Below are positions 12,801 to 25,582 of a stretch of DNA of 64,000 nucleotides, one piece after another. The number at the start of each line of letters is the position of its first letter. The stretch's first letter is position 1. The notes beneath the pieces were generated by a model. The model saw only the letters and a program-made list of their open reading frames with translations. It did not search any database and was not told the DNA's origin. Source of the DNA: Haliotis rufescens (Eukaryota); contig NW_025964376.1 of the NCBI RefSeq assembly GCF_023055435.1, positions 868,001 through 932,000 of the forward strand, read 5' to 3'. The position numbers were made by a program, and so were the translations under genes.

Positions 12801-15800
12801 CGTACTCGCTCTCTCTCTCACACACACCATGCACACATTACGTTGATCGATGCTCATGATGTCAATCAGGGGATTGTCTATTGTTGAGTGCGGCGTTAGA
12901 CATAAAACAACACATACTAGTAAAATACTTATTACTGTTAATCTGAAACACGCTCATTCGTTTTTTCTTTCCCTTTACCCGTCTTGTTTTAACCAGTATA
13001 TGTGTCACCTGATCACCAACACGATGACAATGTCTCATCACTCAAGACGTATGTGTAGGAATGTCATTATTATTTTCATCAAATATCGGAGAAGATAATT
13101 CATGACTTTTATAACGTATGCGAATGGGTTTTTTCAACGGATGTATAAAAGCAATCTCTTTTTGAGAGATCGGTCTTACAGTCCATTATTTACTTCATCA
13201 CGAACGTTCAGTCCACTAACAACTATATTTCACATCTCCCTAACGTAGACATGAGAACACTAAATAAATACTGCCCTCAGTTGCCCGAAGGCAATTGATC
13301 TGTCGGTGTTAATTTCAACACTTTTTCTTAACCCTGCCTTCACCCCACGGCGATATTATCTAATGATGTGTCTAGCGTCAACTCTGTCACATTAGATAGC
13401 CTGTAACTTTAAGGGGCAATTTGAGGTTTCCCAGTGCAACAACCTTTCGTCGTTTCATAGGAAATTAAAGACGCCATGAGCTCCTCGACTTGCCGGACGC
13501 TATCCTACTAAGTGGCAGAATATAATACTACATCTTACAGTCTTTCCTCGCGAAACATGTACCCAATTATCAGTTGCCTAAGGACGTTCGTTATACCTTG
13601 CGTTAGGTTTACGTCGTGAAATGAATTAGATATCTAAACCTTTCAGCAGTTTAGAAGGTGTCAGTTTAATATGGTTAGAGTGTTTATCTCAAAGATAACG
13701 TTAAAATGTATAATGTGCATCTCGTTTCAAATTGATACGACCCGTACGGGTTGTCTTACTAGTTAAATCGGGAGCCAGTGATGAATATGAAGGTAGAAGG
13801 GCTTCGTGAAATGTTTTGCACCAACTACCTCTCATGATAATTAGAACCGTAGCCTCCCACAGACACCTTAATTAAGCCCTGAGATAAGCACACCGCCTAC
13901 GTCACGGTCAAGGCGGTCTGCTACTGGGCCACTACAGGGTTGTTGATTAGGCCCTAGCTTGTTTGTTGATACTGCGTGGTGTTATTATATGCACCGTTGC
14001 TGCCATAATCACCCACAGATAGATAGGTATTCCATCACAGCGTCATATGTCCCAGTTAACCCTTGCTAAAATCTAGTTATGATATCCTTGCTTAGCCATC
14101 TGATTAACGAGTCAAAAGGTGTTTGTATTTTCAGCTGTTGAGGCATGATTTTGGAAGATGTGCTGACAGTTTGGGTGAATCAATGCATTAATGTTGCATT
14201 GAACCTTATGTATGGACTAACATCTAGTCTCGGAAATGAACATGTCTTACAGAAAAAAAATAGTTGTAAAATTATCTATATATAATAAAAAGGACCCCAG
14301 AGATTCTCTTCATGTTCGTGAAACTGCAGTACTATAGACTTGCCAAACATTATACTCTTGCCTGGGCTGTATTGGATATATTTGTATGAGGGTCTGTACG
14401 ACAGACTACCTCATCTACATCTGCTACCCTCCATCCCCGAGTGAGGAATGTGAGTGAGTGAGTGAGTTGGTGTGTAACGCCCTTTAGTATTACATCTTCG
14501 CCACGGCCTGTCTGCGTCATGCGGAAGGACATTCCAGCGTGGATAACTCAGTAGATGCTCACCAAAAAAGCAATGACGAATCTGGGACGAAAACTGGGAC
14601 GAATCTGGGACTCGAACCCAAGATCAATGGATATTGGCATCTCTGTTGGAAGTTTTTGAGTCTTAGAGCCCAGGCCGCAGATGTCTCGTGTCATTCTCTC
14701 TCTGTTTTGCCTCTGTGATTTAACTCTGATCCTGAGACTATTATGACTATTTAACATGTGTAGACTTATGACTAAAAGTATTGGAACCTCCAAGCAGAAA
14801 GCATTTGGCAAAATTAGGCGACCAAATTAATCGCAACGGAATTGTCTCATTTATTGTAACAATGTTTGCACGCTCGTACGACCGCCGAGTAAAGTTGATG
14901 TAACGATAGACACGAGTCCGCAGTGAATCAAATACACAGGGCGTCAGGTGACTAACTTGACACTCTGTCAACAGCGTAATTTGCTGGTAACGTTCTAGTT
15001 GCCTTGCTGTAGCATTACTCCTTCTAAAGTCTCTCAATGTGATGTCAATGCCTGGCCCGTAACACACTTGAATTCCCCCGATTTGTCTGCATGGGTATTT
15101 GCTCTTAGTTGAATCATTCCGTCTGCTAGCCGGAGCAGGTGAGAAAACAGTCGTCTGCAACCTGTTGTGCGAGTCGAGCAGCGCCACCTATATGCATATC
15201 TGTTGCCATGTGGCGAGCACAAGGCGAGGAGAGAATCAATTTTCGTATTTGCATGCTTATACAAAATTTCTATGAGGTCGTTTTTTTCGCGTGGCATTAG
15301 CACCAAGGACATATAAAGTGTGAAAACACACGATGATATCTCAGAACTTGCGCAGAATTAATGTCTGAATGACACAAGATTGTAAAGAGGTGTACGCGTG
15401 TGCTTACAGACGCTTAATGGTTGTTTAAGAGCGTTGGCAGGAATGTATTAATCCCCATGTCTGGTGCAGACCGCTTCCCTGGTCCAGTGAATAGTAAGAG
15501 CGTCTGCACGGAGACCGAAAGGTTATTGGTTCGATCCTCTGGCCGAGCCATACAAAAGACCTTGAAAACTGATAGTTGTTGTTACCCTATTCGGCGCTCG
15601 ACATGAAAGGGATAAAACAAGGACTGGTCAGCTCGGAATCCGTATAATGTGTCTGAGTGAGGTCGCCTTGTTAAATGGTGGGATGATACAAGATACAAGA
15701 TTTTATGCGTGAACGTCCCATGTAGAAACAGTGACAATATGCTTTGAAGTATATAAACAGATACATAATAAGTCAGGATAACAATACAAAGTACCAATCA

Positions 15801-18800
15801 AACATATTATGTTGTGACCTAGGATCACCTATAATAAGAATTTCAGATTTATTTGAAGTTGTGTACATTATAGCAGATTATTTCCATGTTACCTGGTTCA
15901 TTATTTGAAAAAAGTGGACTTAATATTTCAGTAATGTTAAGGTTTCAAAATTATTATTTTTTAAGGAAAGGGAATTAAAGCGCCTTACATTTGAATATTC
16001 TGTACAAACATCAGCTACTGTTCTCCATCTTCATAGACTGAGCAGTAATCACAGATACGTTATTCCAAAGGTGTAGGTGGTAGGTGACATATCTGTGATC
16101 TAGCACTATAAAACCGACCTAATTCACACAGGTGCATTCATATAAGTTCAATAATCTGTAATGCAACCTAAAACCCCATTTCGCCTCATCTTGTCTGGTG
16201 CGATGAGAAACTCTCTTTCTGCTGTGAAATTATAGATGTATTACATTTGATCATCCACATATTCAGCACAGTCAGTATCAAGGTGAAGTAAGATCAGGTT
16301 TCAATGTTTAATTTTCATAGCTATGGCTGAACCTAATGACCGACTGCACGATTACCTCGTCGATAATATGCATGACCGCTTCATCTGGTTTTAACATCCT
16401 ACCAACACACATGTATATATGTTGAAACACTTGCCATTCCTATCAACCGTCCTGTATATGTCAAACCGTGAGAACTGCCTACAACAACAATATGAACGAG
16501 CACTCACGATGATATATCTCTCACGGAACACGCGAACCATGACTACACATTTCATATACCGACAATTGACAGTGACTCATGGGATATTTACCTGTGATCT
16601 GGGCTGTGTTTTCCCAACATATTGAATGCATGAGCTTTTAGAATAATTCAACGCTTGAGATAATGTGACAAGTCTACCGCTTGAGCTAGGAGAAAGATAC
16701 AATTACCTACAGTCAAATGTTGTGCTGGAAAGTAGACATTTCGACCTTCCTGCTTCTTGTGAAGCAGTCACCCCGAACGCCTATATGTGTCGGCCTGTAT
16801 ATACATCTGTCATAGAACACGTGGTTCAGAATGTCGGGTGTCAGTGTATGTTGATGTATGTGTCAAAAGGTCGTATATCTTTCGGGATGGATGGAAATGA
16901 ATAACTCTTTTTTGTCAGTTCGACCTATTGAACATGATGGTCAGGTGAATTTGAGAGACACCTTTAAACAGTGAAATATTTGAATGTTTTGATAAAAGAT
17001 ACGGAGAAAGAATAACGCCTTGTACATACGTATATACTTTTGTCTTTTTTAAGTTGTCGATGTAATTTTGTGTGCGACGGTTGCTTTGTTATATTGATAT
17101 GTATGTGTAGATTGGAAAAATAATATTCTATTGATAGTGATTCATAAAGACATACCTGTGATGTTGGTGGAAATAGCCTTGTCGCTTATATTTGTATACA
17201 TTCCGAATTCAGACTGCCTGTCGTTTTATCTACATGACCCATGGTATTTGAAAGTTTACCTTAATCATGGTGTAAGCCGCCGAGGCATAGTTGAATATGT
17301 TCAGAAGTGGATTAATAATCCCTTTGAAATTAATTCAGACCTATGAAATTCGTGACAATTCAAAATGAGCTACACCGCAACTATGTCGCCGATGAATTGC
17401 ACGTCACGTAGAAGTCAACATTCCTCGCAATCCAAACACGTCAAATCTAGATCTGAACGATGAGAGGTCTTCTCACACAGGCGGTTGGAGTGAATTGTGG
17501 AGGATATCTCGGCGCGGTAAAATTAGTGTCTCTCAGACAGACCCCAAAGTTAAAATATCCGAAAAATCCCAAGTATGTCTTCACCGCAAGTCAGTTTCTA
17601 AAAATGAAGACATTCTCTGGACTTCTTTCTCTTATATATTGAAACACACACCAAAAAAAAAAAATAATTACTAGATTTTCATTTCAGAGACTGACTACAA
17701 ATACCACCACTAATACAACACAAAAGCGCCAGAAAACATGTTCGTGATACCAGGCAGCATGTGGTGTATTAATCCTGTTACATGACCTTACCCGATTGAT
17801 AACCCAATAAACAAAGATATGTTTGCGCTTAATACTATCCCTCTGCATAACCCAGAGCGGTTGGGTAGCCTAGTGATTTAAGTGTTCGCTCATCACGCCG
17901 AAGGCCCAGGTTCGATTCCTCTTATGGTTACAATGTGTGATATTGCTGGAAACCATATCCACTCACTCCCTCCTGTCTGAATTTTAAAAATCAACCACTA
18001 AATGATGGCTTCACTTGTGACACAGTGCTCGATGTCACGGAATGCAAATATGCATTGCTATTCATATTTCCCAATAGCCGATAAAGTGCTTCAAGGTACC
18101 GCCACCCTCAAGTGCAAACTCAAGCAAGCTCTCCAGCACCACCGCTCAAGGGCTTGGATGACACGGTCATATGTAGCCTCATATCTTGCTATCACTCACG
18201 TTATTCAACTTTAATGCTCCATCATCATGCGATCCCTAATGATCCTTGTACTGGTTGCGTATAGAATTACGTCTGTCTACCACCGTTTCAAATAATTAAT
18301 TCTCTCTGTTGAAAAATTCAGACTATGAAGTGATAATATTTCACAGTCGCTAAGATTTTATGAAACTGATAGTCATGCGTACGGCCTGTGGTAACATCAG
18401 ATCCTCGATCGGGGCTGTATAGGAATAAGACGCACCCCAAGGACAATAAATATTAGGGTATGCCTCTATGGCTTTAATTTTTTGTGATATAACTGAGACA
18501 TTCATAACTGTTGACTCATCCGCCAAGGTGGCGTTTTACAACCCCCACCCTTGTTGGACGGGAAATACTCCTTGGCCATAATTAGAAATAATATATTAAC
18601 AGGACTGCAGTCGTTTATAATCTCTTTGCATCAATGGTTCATTTTAATTGAACGAAGTGCCATCCAAGTGATAGTTCTACACTTTCATTAGTTTCATATT
18701 TTGCTCCAGTGGTCTGTTAATGGTAATGCTGTTTAAGTAGGGTTCATTGGCTACGTATTTTGATAACATTGTTTAAACCATGTCACCACAGATCTATCTA

Positions 18801-20686
18801 TCTAATGACAATAAACTCTTGAATATGTCTATCTTTAGGCGATGTCGTAACAAAATATTATTGAAAATGACAGTTATTACCCCATTCTCCACCAACCCTG
18901 ACAATGAACCTAAACACACGGCTTTTTAACCACATTCAGTCCAGATCGATGTACTTGGGTTTTCTCAAAGTCAATTTGTTGCCAGAAACTCATGTCGTAA
19001 ATGAACCTCGTGGGCAAAATGAATATGTCCCTCGTAAAGATTCTAATCATAAGAACATATAAACGTCACAAGTCATTGACTTTTGTTGCATACTGACAAA
19101 GTCGTAGCTCTGCACAACGACTGTGAAATATATTTGATGGAAACCAATCTAAATTGTAAAAAATAGCCATCTGTATTCCACGCCTGAAAGACATGTTATG
19201 AAAAGAAAATTAGGAGAGAAATGTTTTGTGTCATAAAAGGATCCCATAGACAATATGTTAGTCTAATAAAGATGTACATTGATATGACAGATGGATTCAT
19301 TCTCAAATTCTAGAAAGAATATGTTTCAACAGTATATTGTCATTCGTGGCATATCGTCTGAGTTAATAGCAGGATAATATTTGAAGCATACTCACATGTT
19401 AGATTTTTGAGAGAAAAAATCAGTGAAAAGGTATGGAGTGAGTTAATGTTGAATTACGGCACAGTAAACGCTTTCCTAGCAACATCATGTTGTTTAACGC
19501 GCCGGTCTGTAAATAATCGAGTCTGGACCAGACAATGCAGTGATTGATATTATTAGCAACGATCAACGCAATTTGGATACGATGACATGCATCAACCAAG
19601 TCGGCGAGCCTGACTACCCGATCCCGTTAGTCGCCTCTTACGACAAGCATGGGTTGCTGGGATTCTAGCCCGTATCTTCACAGGTATGGAAATGCAATGA
19701 TACATGACCAATCAGATAGAACGGAATTCTGGAAATACTGGTGAACATTTGTTCAGTGACAAGCTTATCTGTTTGATTAGGTCTCCTCTCTGCAGGAACG
19801 CGATGTCGCCCATCACCCCATAAACAAGACCGCCGATCGTGTGTTCGAATCCCACATATCCCCGATGATTTGCCTGATCTGTCAGTTCGATGTGTAAACG
19901 TTTTGCTTCGTCACTTCAAACTTTCCTTCCAGACTTTCTGGCAAGCCATAATATAACAGAAATCCAAATCGCAAGCTGGAATCGAATTTGATACGGACCC
20001 AGGATATATAAGTTTAAACAGGCTTAATTATAGCTCGAACACAAACACCATTGTATTTACCATATTTCACAACGTATAATACTCAAATTCTTTCTGACTG
20101 CTATTTCTTCGATCCTGAAACACAAATTTGATTCATGTTTCTCCTTCTTCTTTTTCTTAGCTATGCTAAGAATGAAGAGGCCAATGTCATTTAAATCAGA
20201 TCTTGGTTCTCGATACCGGTAAACAACAATTTGTTTATGGCGGTAGCGAGAACTAAGATCTGATTTTAATGAGACTGATGCAAAGGCTCGCTTGTTTGTA
20301 GATTTCTGGTTCATTTTCAAATTTAATACGTTCGTCTTTCACATGGAACATCCGTAAATATACGCGAACAGTGCACGTGTAAATGCATCGCCACACGCGT
20401 GTATCGCGTCAACTTACGTCATAGCCTGGTATGAAAGACTGATTCCTTTCTGTAAACTGACAACAACAGTTGGTTTCTTTAGTCCTGCCTCAACATGAAG
20501 GCTACGTATTTAGAACACTTCGTTTGAAATATAATCTTCAAAGACGATAACCCCTTTCAAATGGGGTTGCGGAAAATCAGGTCCCAATGTGTTTCGAATC
20601 AGCATCATGTTATGTAATTTGAGCAAGATGTGTTACTTTGCCGTGTAAGACAAGTTGGACGAGAACATGCTTTGTGATCGGAGAGA

Positions 20687-20782
20687 CGGAGAGATAAGGG
20701 GTGGGCATATAGAGGTTTCGGAGAGATAAGGGGTGGGCATATAGAGGTTTCGGAGAGATAAGTGGTGGGCATATAGAGGTTT
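20687..20782. repeat. 32-bp tandem repeat x3 followed by a G/T-rich tract to about 21155
   Basis: CGGAGAGATAAGGGGTGGGCATATAGAGGTTT starts at 20687, 20719 and 20751. Confidence 0.9.
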
Positions 20783-22696
20783 ATAGTGGATGGTGAGTGG
20801 AGATGGTTGTGAGGTCGGAATGGTTGGAAGAGGGTGTGGGGTGGGAGTTGGGGTGAGGTGGGCTGGGAGATGTTGGGATAAGGTTTGTGGGAGTGTTTGG
20901 GGTTGAGTTAGTGAGAATGATTGTTGGGATGTGGTTGGGGGGAGGCTGTGGGTGAGGTGGGAGTGGTTGTGAGGATGAGGTGAGCGTTCACTGCAGGGTT
21001 AATAAGGCGTGGAATGGATATAGGGCGTGAAATGGATGTGGGGTGAAATGTGGGGCTGGGATATGGGGAGAAAGGCTATGAGGGTGAGGTGAATGTTGTT
21101 GCAGTGTTGGGATGAAATGGGTGTCATTGTGGAATGGTATGGGAGTTGGGAGGTAGACTAACACATAAACTATGAAATATTTTATTACACAATACATTTC
21201 TCTCCTCTAAAATTAAAACAAATAATTTACCTGATGCTGATTACTTGTGGAATAGAGTTAGAGTTGGCTTGATAGGCTTTTATATTAATCTAGATTTGAT
21301 TTTTAATATGCATAGTTCCACAGTCATGGTGCACGACGATAGTGGAGGGTGGGTCGGTAATTAGAGACATAAAGGTGGCCACCGGTATATATGTTGAAGA
21401 AGGTTTGCAGTATTTTTTGGAATCCGAATTAGTTGCGTTGTGAAGTACAAGCTATACCAGCATGCGGTCTACTTTGCTGCTTACTGTTATGGGAGTAAGG
21501 AAAACTAGCCGTCAGCTAAGGACGCTTCCCAGCTTATCTTGTGGGCAGCCATGAAGTATTGCACAACCTCCCGAGTTACCCCAGGGAATAAACAAATCCA
21601 CACCCATCAATTTGGCACAGTAACAAACCCAAAGATCTTATTTATGTTCACTTATGCCCCGAGGGCAGCCACAGAGAATTTCCGCCAATGTTACTTGTTC
21701 CCTGGCATCTGTCGTTTTTATAATTGAATGACCTGGCGCATCATCTCATCATGTCGACGTTTGGAAGTATCGCGTTATCTATCTGGAATGTTGACTTAGC
21801 GAGAAGCGGTTTTATTTGTTCTGCTTAGTGGCGGTTGGATGAATACGTGTTAAACACCTACAACAACTTTGGCTATTAAAATGTTAATGTTTCAATGCCA
21901 CCCCGTCGTCAACAAATATCTTCTCTCAAACTGTTGGTGGCCCTAGGATAGTGGTTAGATCATTCGCTTGTCACGCCACAGAGCTGTTCTGATTCCCGTC
22001 GTGGTGTGTGATATCCATTTATGGTGTCCCTGGAGAAATGCTGGAGAAATGATGTGAGCTCGCTCACTCACTCACAAACAAAAAAACAACAGTGAAACGA
22101 ACAAGGGATATAGTTCTATGGATATACAACATCTTTCTTACAGTGAATGCGACGTTTCGGTATAGATACTAACACTGTTATTAAGCAAGTGATGTGTCAT
22201 AAACGGGGAACCCCCAAAATTGCGGACTCGTGAATATTGTGGAATGATCATGAATAACATGTGTCCAGATCAACTAATCATGTATACATAATAATGTCCA
22301 ATTGATTACCGACAGTCTTGCGTAGAGTTTCTTGAATAAGGTTTCATAGTTTCCCTCTAACTTATCACGAATAATAGGTCTCCAGCAACCCATACTTGCC
22401 GTAAAAGTCGACCTTGCTAGTCCTAAGAGGCGGGCGACTAATGGGATCGGGTGGTCAGGCTCGCTGACTTGTTTGATGCATGTCATCGTATCCCAATTGC
22501 GTGGATCGATGCTCATGTCAGTCATTGGATTGTCTGGTCCAGACTCGATTATTTACAGACGGCCGTCATATAGCTGGAATATTGCTGTGTGCGGCGTTAA
22601 ATAACAAACAACCAACCAAACAACAACAACTCTAACATATCACAATCGACTACGATTCCGAATACCGAATAAGATTGACTATTGTTGGTATTTCAG

Positions 22697-22806
22697 GAGA
22701 TTCCGGGTACGACCGGGTCCGACCCTTGTCCTACACAGACGCAGATCTCATCATGGTGTGTTTCTCAGTCGCAGACCCAGAGTCCATGGAGAATGTCGTG
22801 TCAAAG
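22697..22806 (+). CDS. Rnd: Rnd/RhoE-like Rho GTPase, internal coding exon (switch II)
   Basis: tttcAG acceptor, AAG|gtgag donor; 110 nt; (G)DSGYDRVRPLSYTDADLIMVCFSVADPESMENVVSK, the Rho YDxxRPLSY motif. Confidence 0.93.
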
Positions 22807-23398
22807 GTGAGTTCAGCATGGCCTATAATAGTTGCTATATCAATGAAACATTGCCAAGTCGACAAATGAAATTGGAATTGGATTCCGAATCAAAATATGT
22901 TTCAGTTCCCATGCTTGACCCGTGAAGATCCAGGTTAAAATAGATCTTCAGTAACCCATGGTTGCCATAACAGGCGACAATGCTTGTCGTATGAGCTGAC
23001 GTTGCCGGTGGGTCGGTGGCTGGCTCTGCAACATGGCTGATCATGTATACACTTGATAAAGTCCAATTAATAAATTCTATCCATTACTAGATGACCCGGG
23101 GTAGAATAAGTCTTCAGCAACCCATGTTTGCCGTAAAAAGCGACTTAGCTTGTCGTAAGAGTCGACTTACGGGATCGGGTGGTCAGGCTCGCTGACTTTG
23201 TTCATGTCATCGTATCCCGATTGCGTGGATCGTGGCTCATGATGTCAATCACTGGATTGTCTGGTCCAGACTCGATTATTTACAGACCGCCGTCACACAG
23301 CTGGCATATTCCTGAGTGCGGCGTTAAACAACAAATAAACATTCCTAGAGTATTAAATGGCATGGCATCATCTCAACTAGATGTAATATTCGTTTCAG

Positions 23399-23533
23399 TG
23401 GTTACCCGAGGTGCGAGAACATTGCCCCAAACAACCTCTCATGTTGGTGGGCTGTAAAACAGATCTACGAAACGAGATAAAAACTGTCCCACCGAGCAAA
23501 GACAAGACGCCGTCAATAGTATCATACGACCAG
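23399..23533 (+). CDS. Rnd: Rnd/RhoE-like Rho GTPase, internal coding exon (G4 box, Rho insert)
   Basis: tttcAG acceptor, CAG|gtgag donor; 135 nt; WLPEVREHCPKQPLMLVGCKTDLRNEIKTVPPSKDKTPSIVSYDQ with Rnd-type GCKxDLR and VSYDQ. Confidence 0.93.
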
Positions 23534-24478
23534 GTGAGTTGTGTAATGATACGTGTTCGGAGACTCAACTCCGAAATAATGAGACTGTTAGACACGCTGT
23601 TGACGAATGTGTGAACCAAATAGCGTGAGATGCCACGATTCCCCAGTGGTCCTTCTTGCCTGGTATCGATCCCCAGTAACATGTGCTGGTCGCAAGAAAC
23701 GACTTAAATGTATCTGGTGGTCAGGCTCTGATACTTTGCTGATTATGTGTCATCGCTGCCACCATAGATCGTCGGGATGTGTCCCAAAACGTATATTTGG
23801 GTCCTCCTTTCGAAGAAGAAAATTGTCTTGTAGCGTTGAACGAAATATATTCCGTCAGACTGGATGACCATTATCTTAAACATCAGCGCTCTTACACTGA
23901 ATAACGAATGTTAGGGGTCATGAATACTTTTTGGAATATTATGAACTTTTACCAAAAAAATTGCTTAATATATTCATGATCCCTAGCTNNNNNNNNNNNN
24001 NNNNNNNNNNNNNNNNNNNNNNNNNNNNNNNNNNNNNNNNNNNNNNNNNNNNNNNNNNNNNNNNNNNNNNNNNNNNNNNNNNNNNNNNNNNNNNNNNNNN
24101 NNNNNNNNNNNNNNNNNNNNNNNNNNNNNNNNNNNNNNNNNNNNNNNNTAGTTTTGGTACAAGTTAATTTTGTTTAGTAAGGTTATTTCGTCATACCTTT
24201 GATACATCTCGACCTTCCTCTGTCCTTGATAAACATATGTCCGTGTAGATAATGACATGTGTTAAAGTCACAAGAAAAAGACACATGCTTGATCAGTATG
24301 TGAAGTAAAATCTGCTTATTGTACGACGATAGTATTTAGATAATTGAATATTTTTTGTAGTAAGAGATCATTTCCCAAAAGTAAATTTGCCTTCGAATGT
24401 AGCAAGGAATCTTTCCCAATGTGTGTGAATGGAATCAGATATCAATAGAATCATGACGCATTACACTCTTATTTTCAG

Positions 24479-24727
24479 GGTTTAAAGACGGCCAAACACA
24501 TCGGGGCCCTTGTATATTCCGAAACAGCATCGAAAACGTCGCAGAGAAGTGTCAATGACGTCATGGAGGTTGCCGCACTGTCGTCAGCCGGGACAAAAGG
24601 CAATACACCTGAAGCTACCAGTTTTCGCCGTCAGAGGTCCTTCATTCGCCGGAAACGGTTCAGTGGTATGAACGAGGCCAAAATGCATTTGCGAAAAGAA
24701 GCGGCCAAAAGCTGCGTGGTCATGTGA
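24479..24727 (+). CDS. Rnd: Rnd/RhoE-like Rho GTPase, terminal coding exon with CAAX box
   Basis: ttttcAG acceptor; GLKTAKHIGALVYSETASKTSQRSVNDVMEVAALSSAG...RQRSFIRRKRFSGMNEAKMHLRKEAAKSCVVM*; the end closely parallels vertebrate Rnd3 LRKDKAKSCTVM. Not in the ORF track. Confidence 0.93.
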   Translation, partial: GLKTAKHIGALVYSETASKTSQRSVNDVMEVAALSSAGTKGNTPEATSFRRQRSFIRRKRFSGMNEAKMHLRKEAAKSCVVM

Positions 24728-25576
24728 TCCTGTGCACAGAGACAGCTGAACTTTAATTTAACTTATTTATAATGCATCTCAGTTCATAGTTTTCAACCAT
24801 GAACCGCTCAGGCATTTGCGTACTGACGTCACTAATGCTCATCGGACTGAACCTGTGTACACGTTTTCGTCATAAATAGTGACGTCATAATGACGCATGG
24901 AACACGTCATCAAAACGTGTAGTGAAAAACACTAGCCATAATTCACAACTTGTTTCCACTTACTTTGAAGCATATTATTGCTTGTATCAAAGATCTCTTT
25001 TGGATACGTCACTTGAACTTGTGTATGCGTCATTGATTTATGTGTAGCCCGCATTTTAATGGCTTATCTGTCAGAACTGCACTTTTGTCACGTTTCAAGC
25101 TCCACAAAACCCGCTTGCAAGCCGGAGAAAATATATCTCTCTCCTTGTGGCATTGTATGAACCAGTATGTGTACTCGTCATCACGTTTTGTGTACTTGTC
25201 ATCGAAATGTGTTCTCAGCTGTGATATTATCGCAAATCCAAACCCAGCAAGTATTCTTGCCCACGAAACGAACACAGGTGATGACGTCATCAGAAAAGAA
25301 TAGCAGAACGTATGACGTCATCTGAAAATGTTTATAACAGGTGCTTTGTTGTTTCGTTTTGTTTTCTCACTCGTTGTCTTCAAAGAAGGCATAAAATTGA
25401 CTGTGGAATCTAGTGCAAAGACTGTATATAGGGATGATGTTTGAGATAAGTGGGAGTTACCATGTGAGAGAATGAATGAGCTGTTGAGTGAGCTGTTGGG
25501 TGAATGACATCGTTATGTATTTCATGGAAGTTCGTTTCTGTTTGTAATACCTAAACGACATAATTCTTTAAAAAAG

Positions 25577-25582
25577 AATAAA
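25577..25582 (+). terminator. Candidate polyadenylation signal of the Rnd gene
   Basis: AATAAA about 850 nt after the stop, followed by T-rich sequence and just before SINE-dense DNA resumes. Confidence 0.45.

Noticed and set aside
14747-15187. 146-aa minus-strand ORF in the Rnd intron
   Set aside because: No recognisable domain, splice support or non-ATG-start justification.
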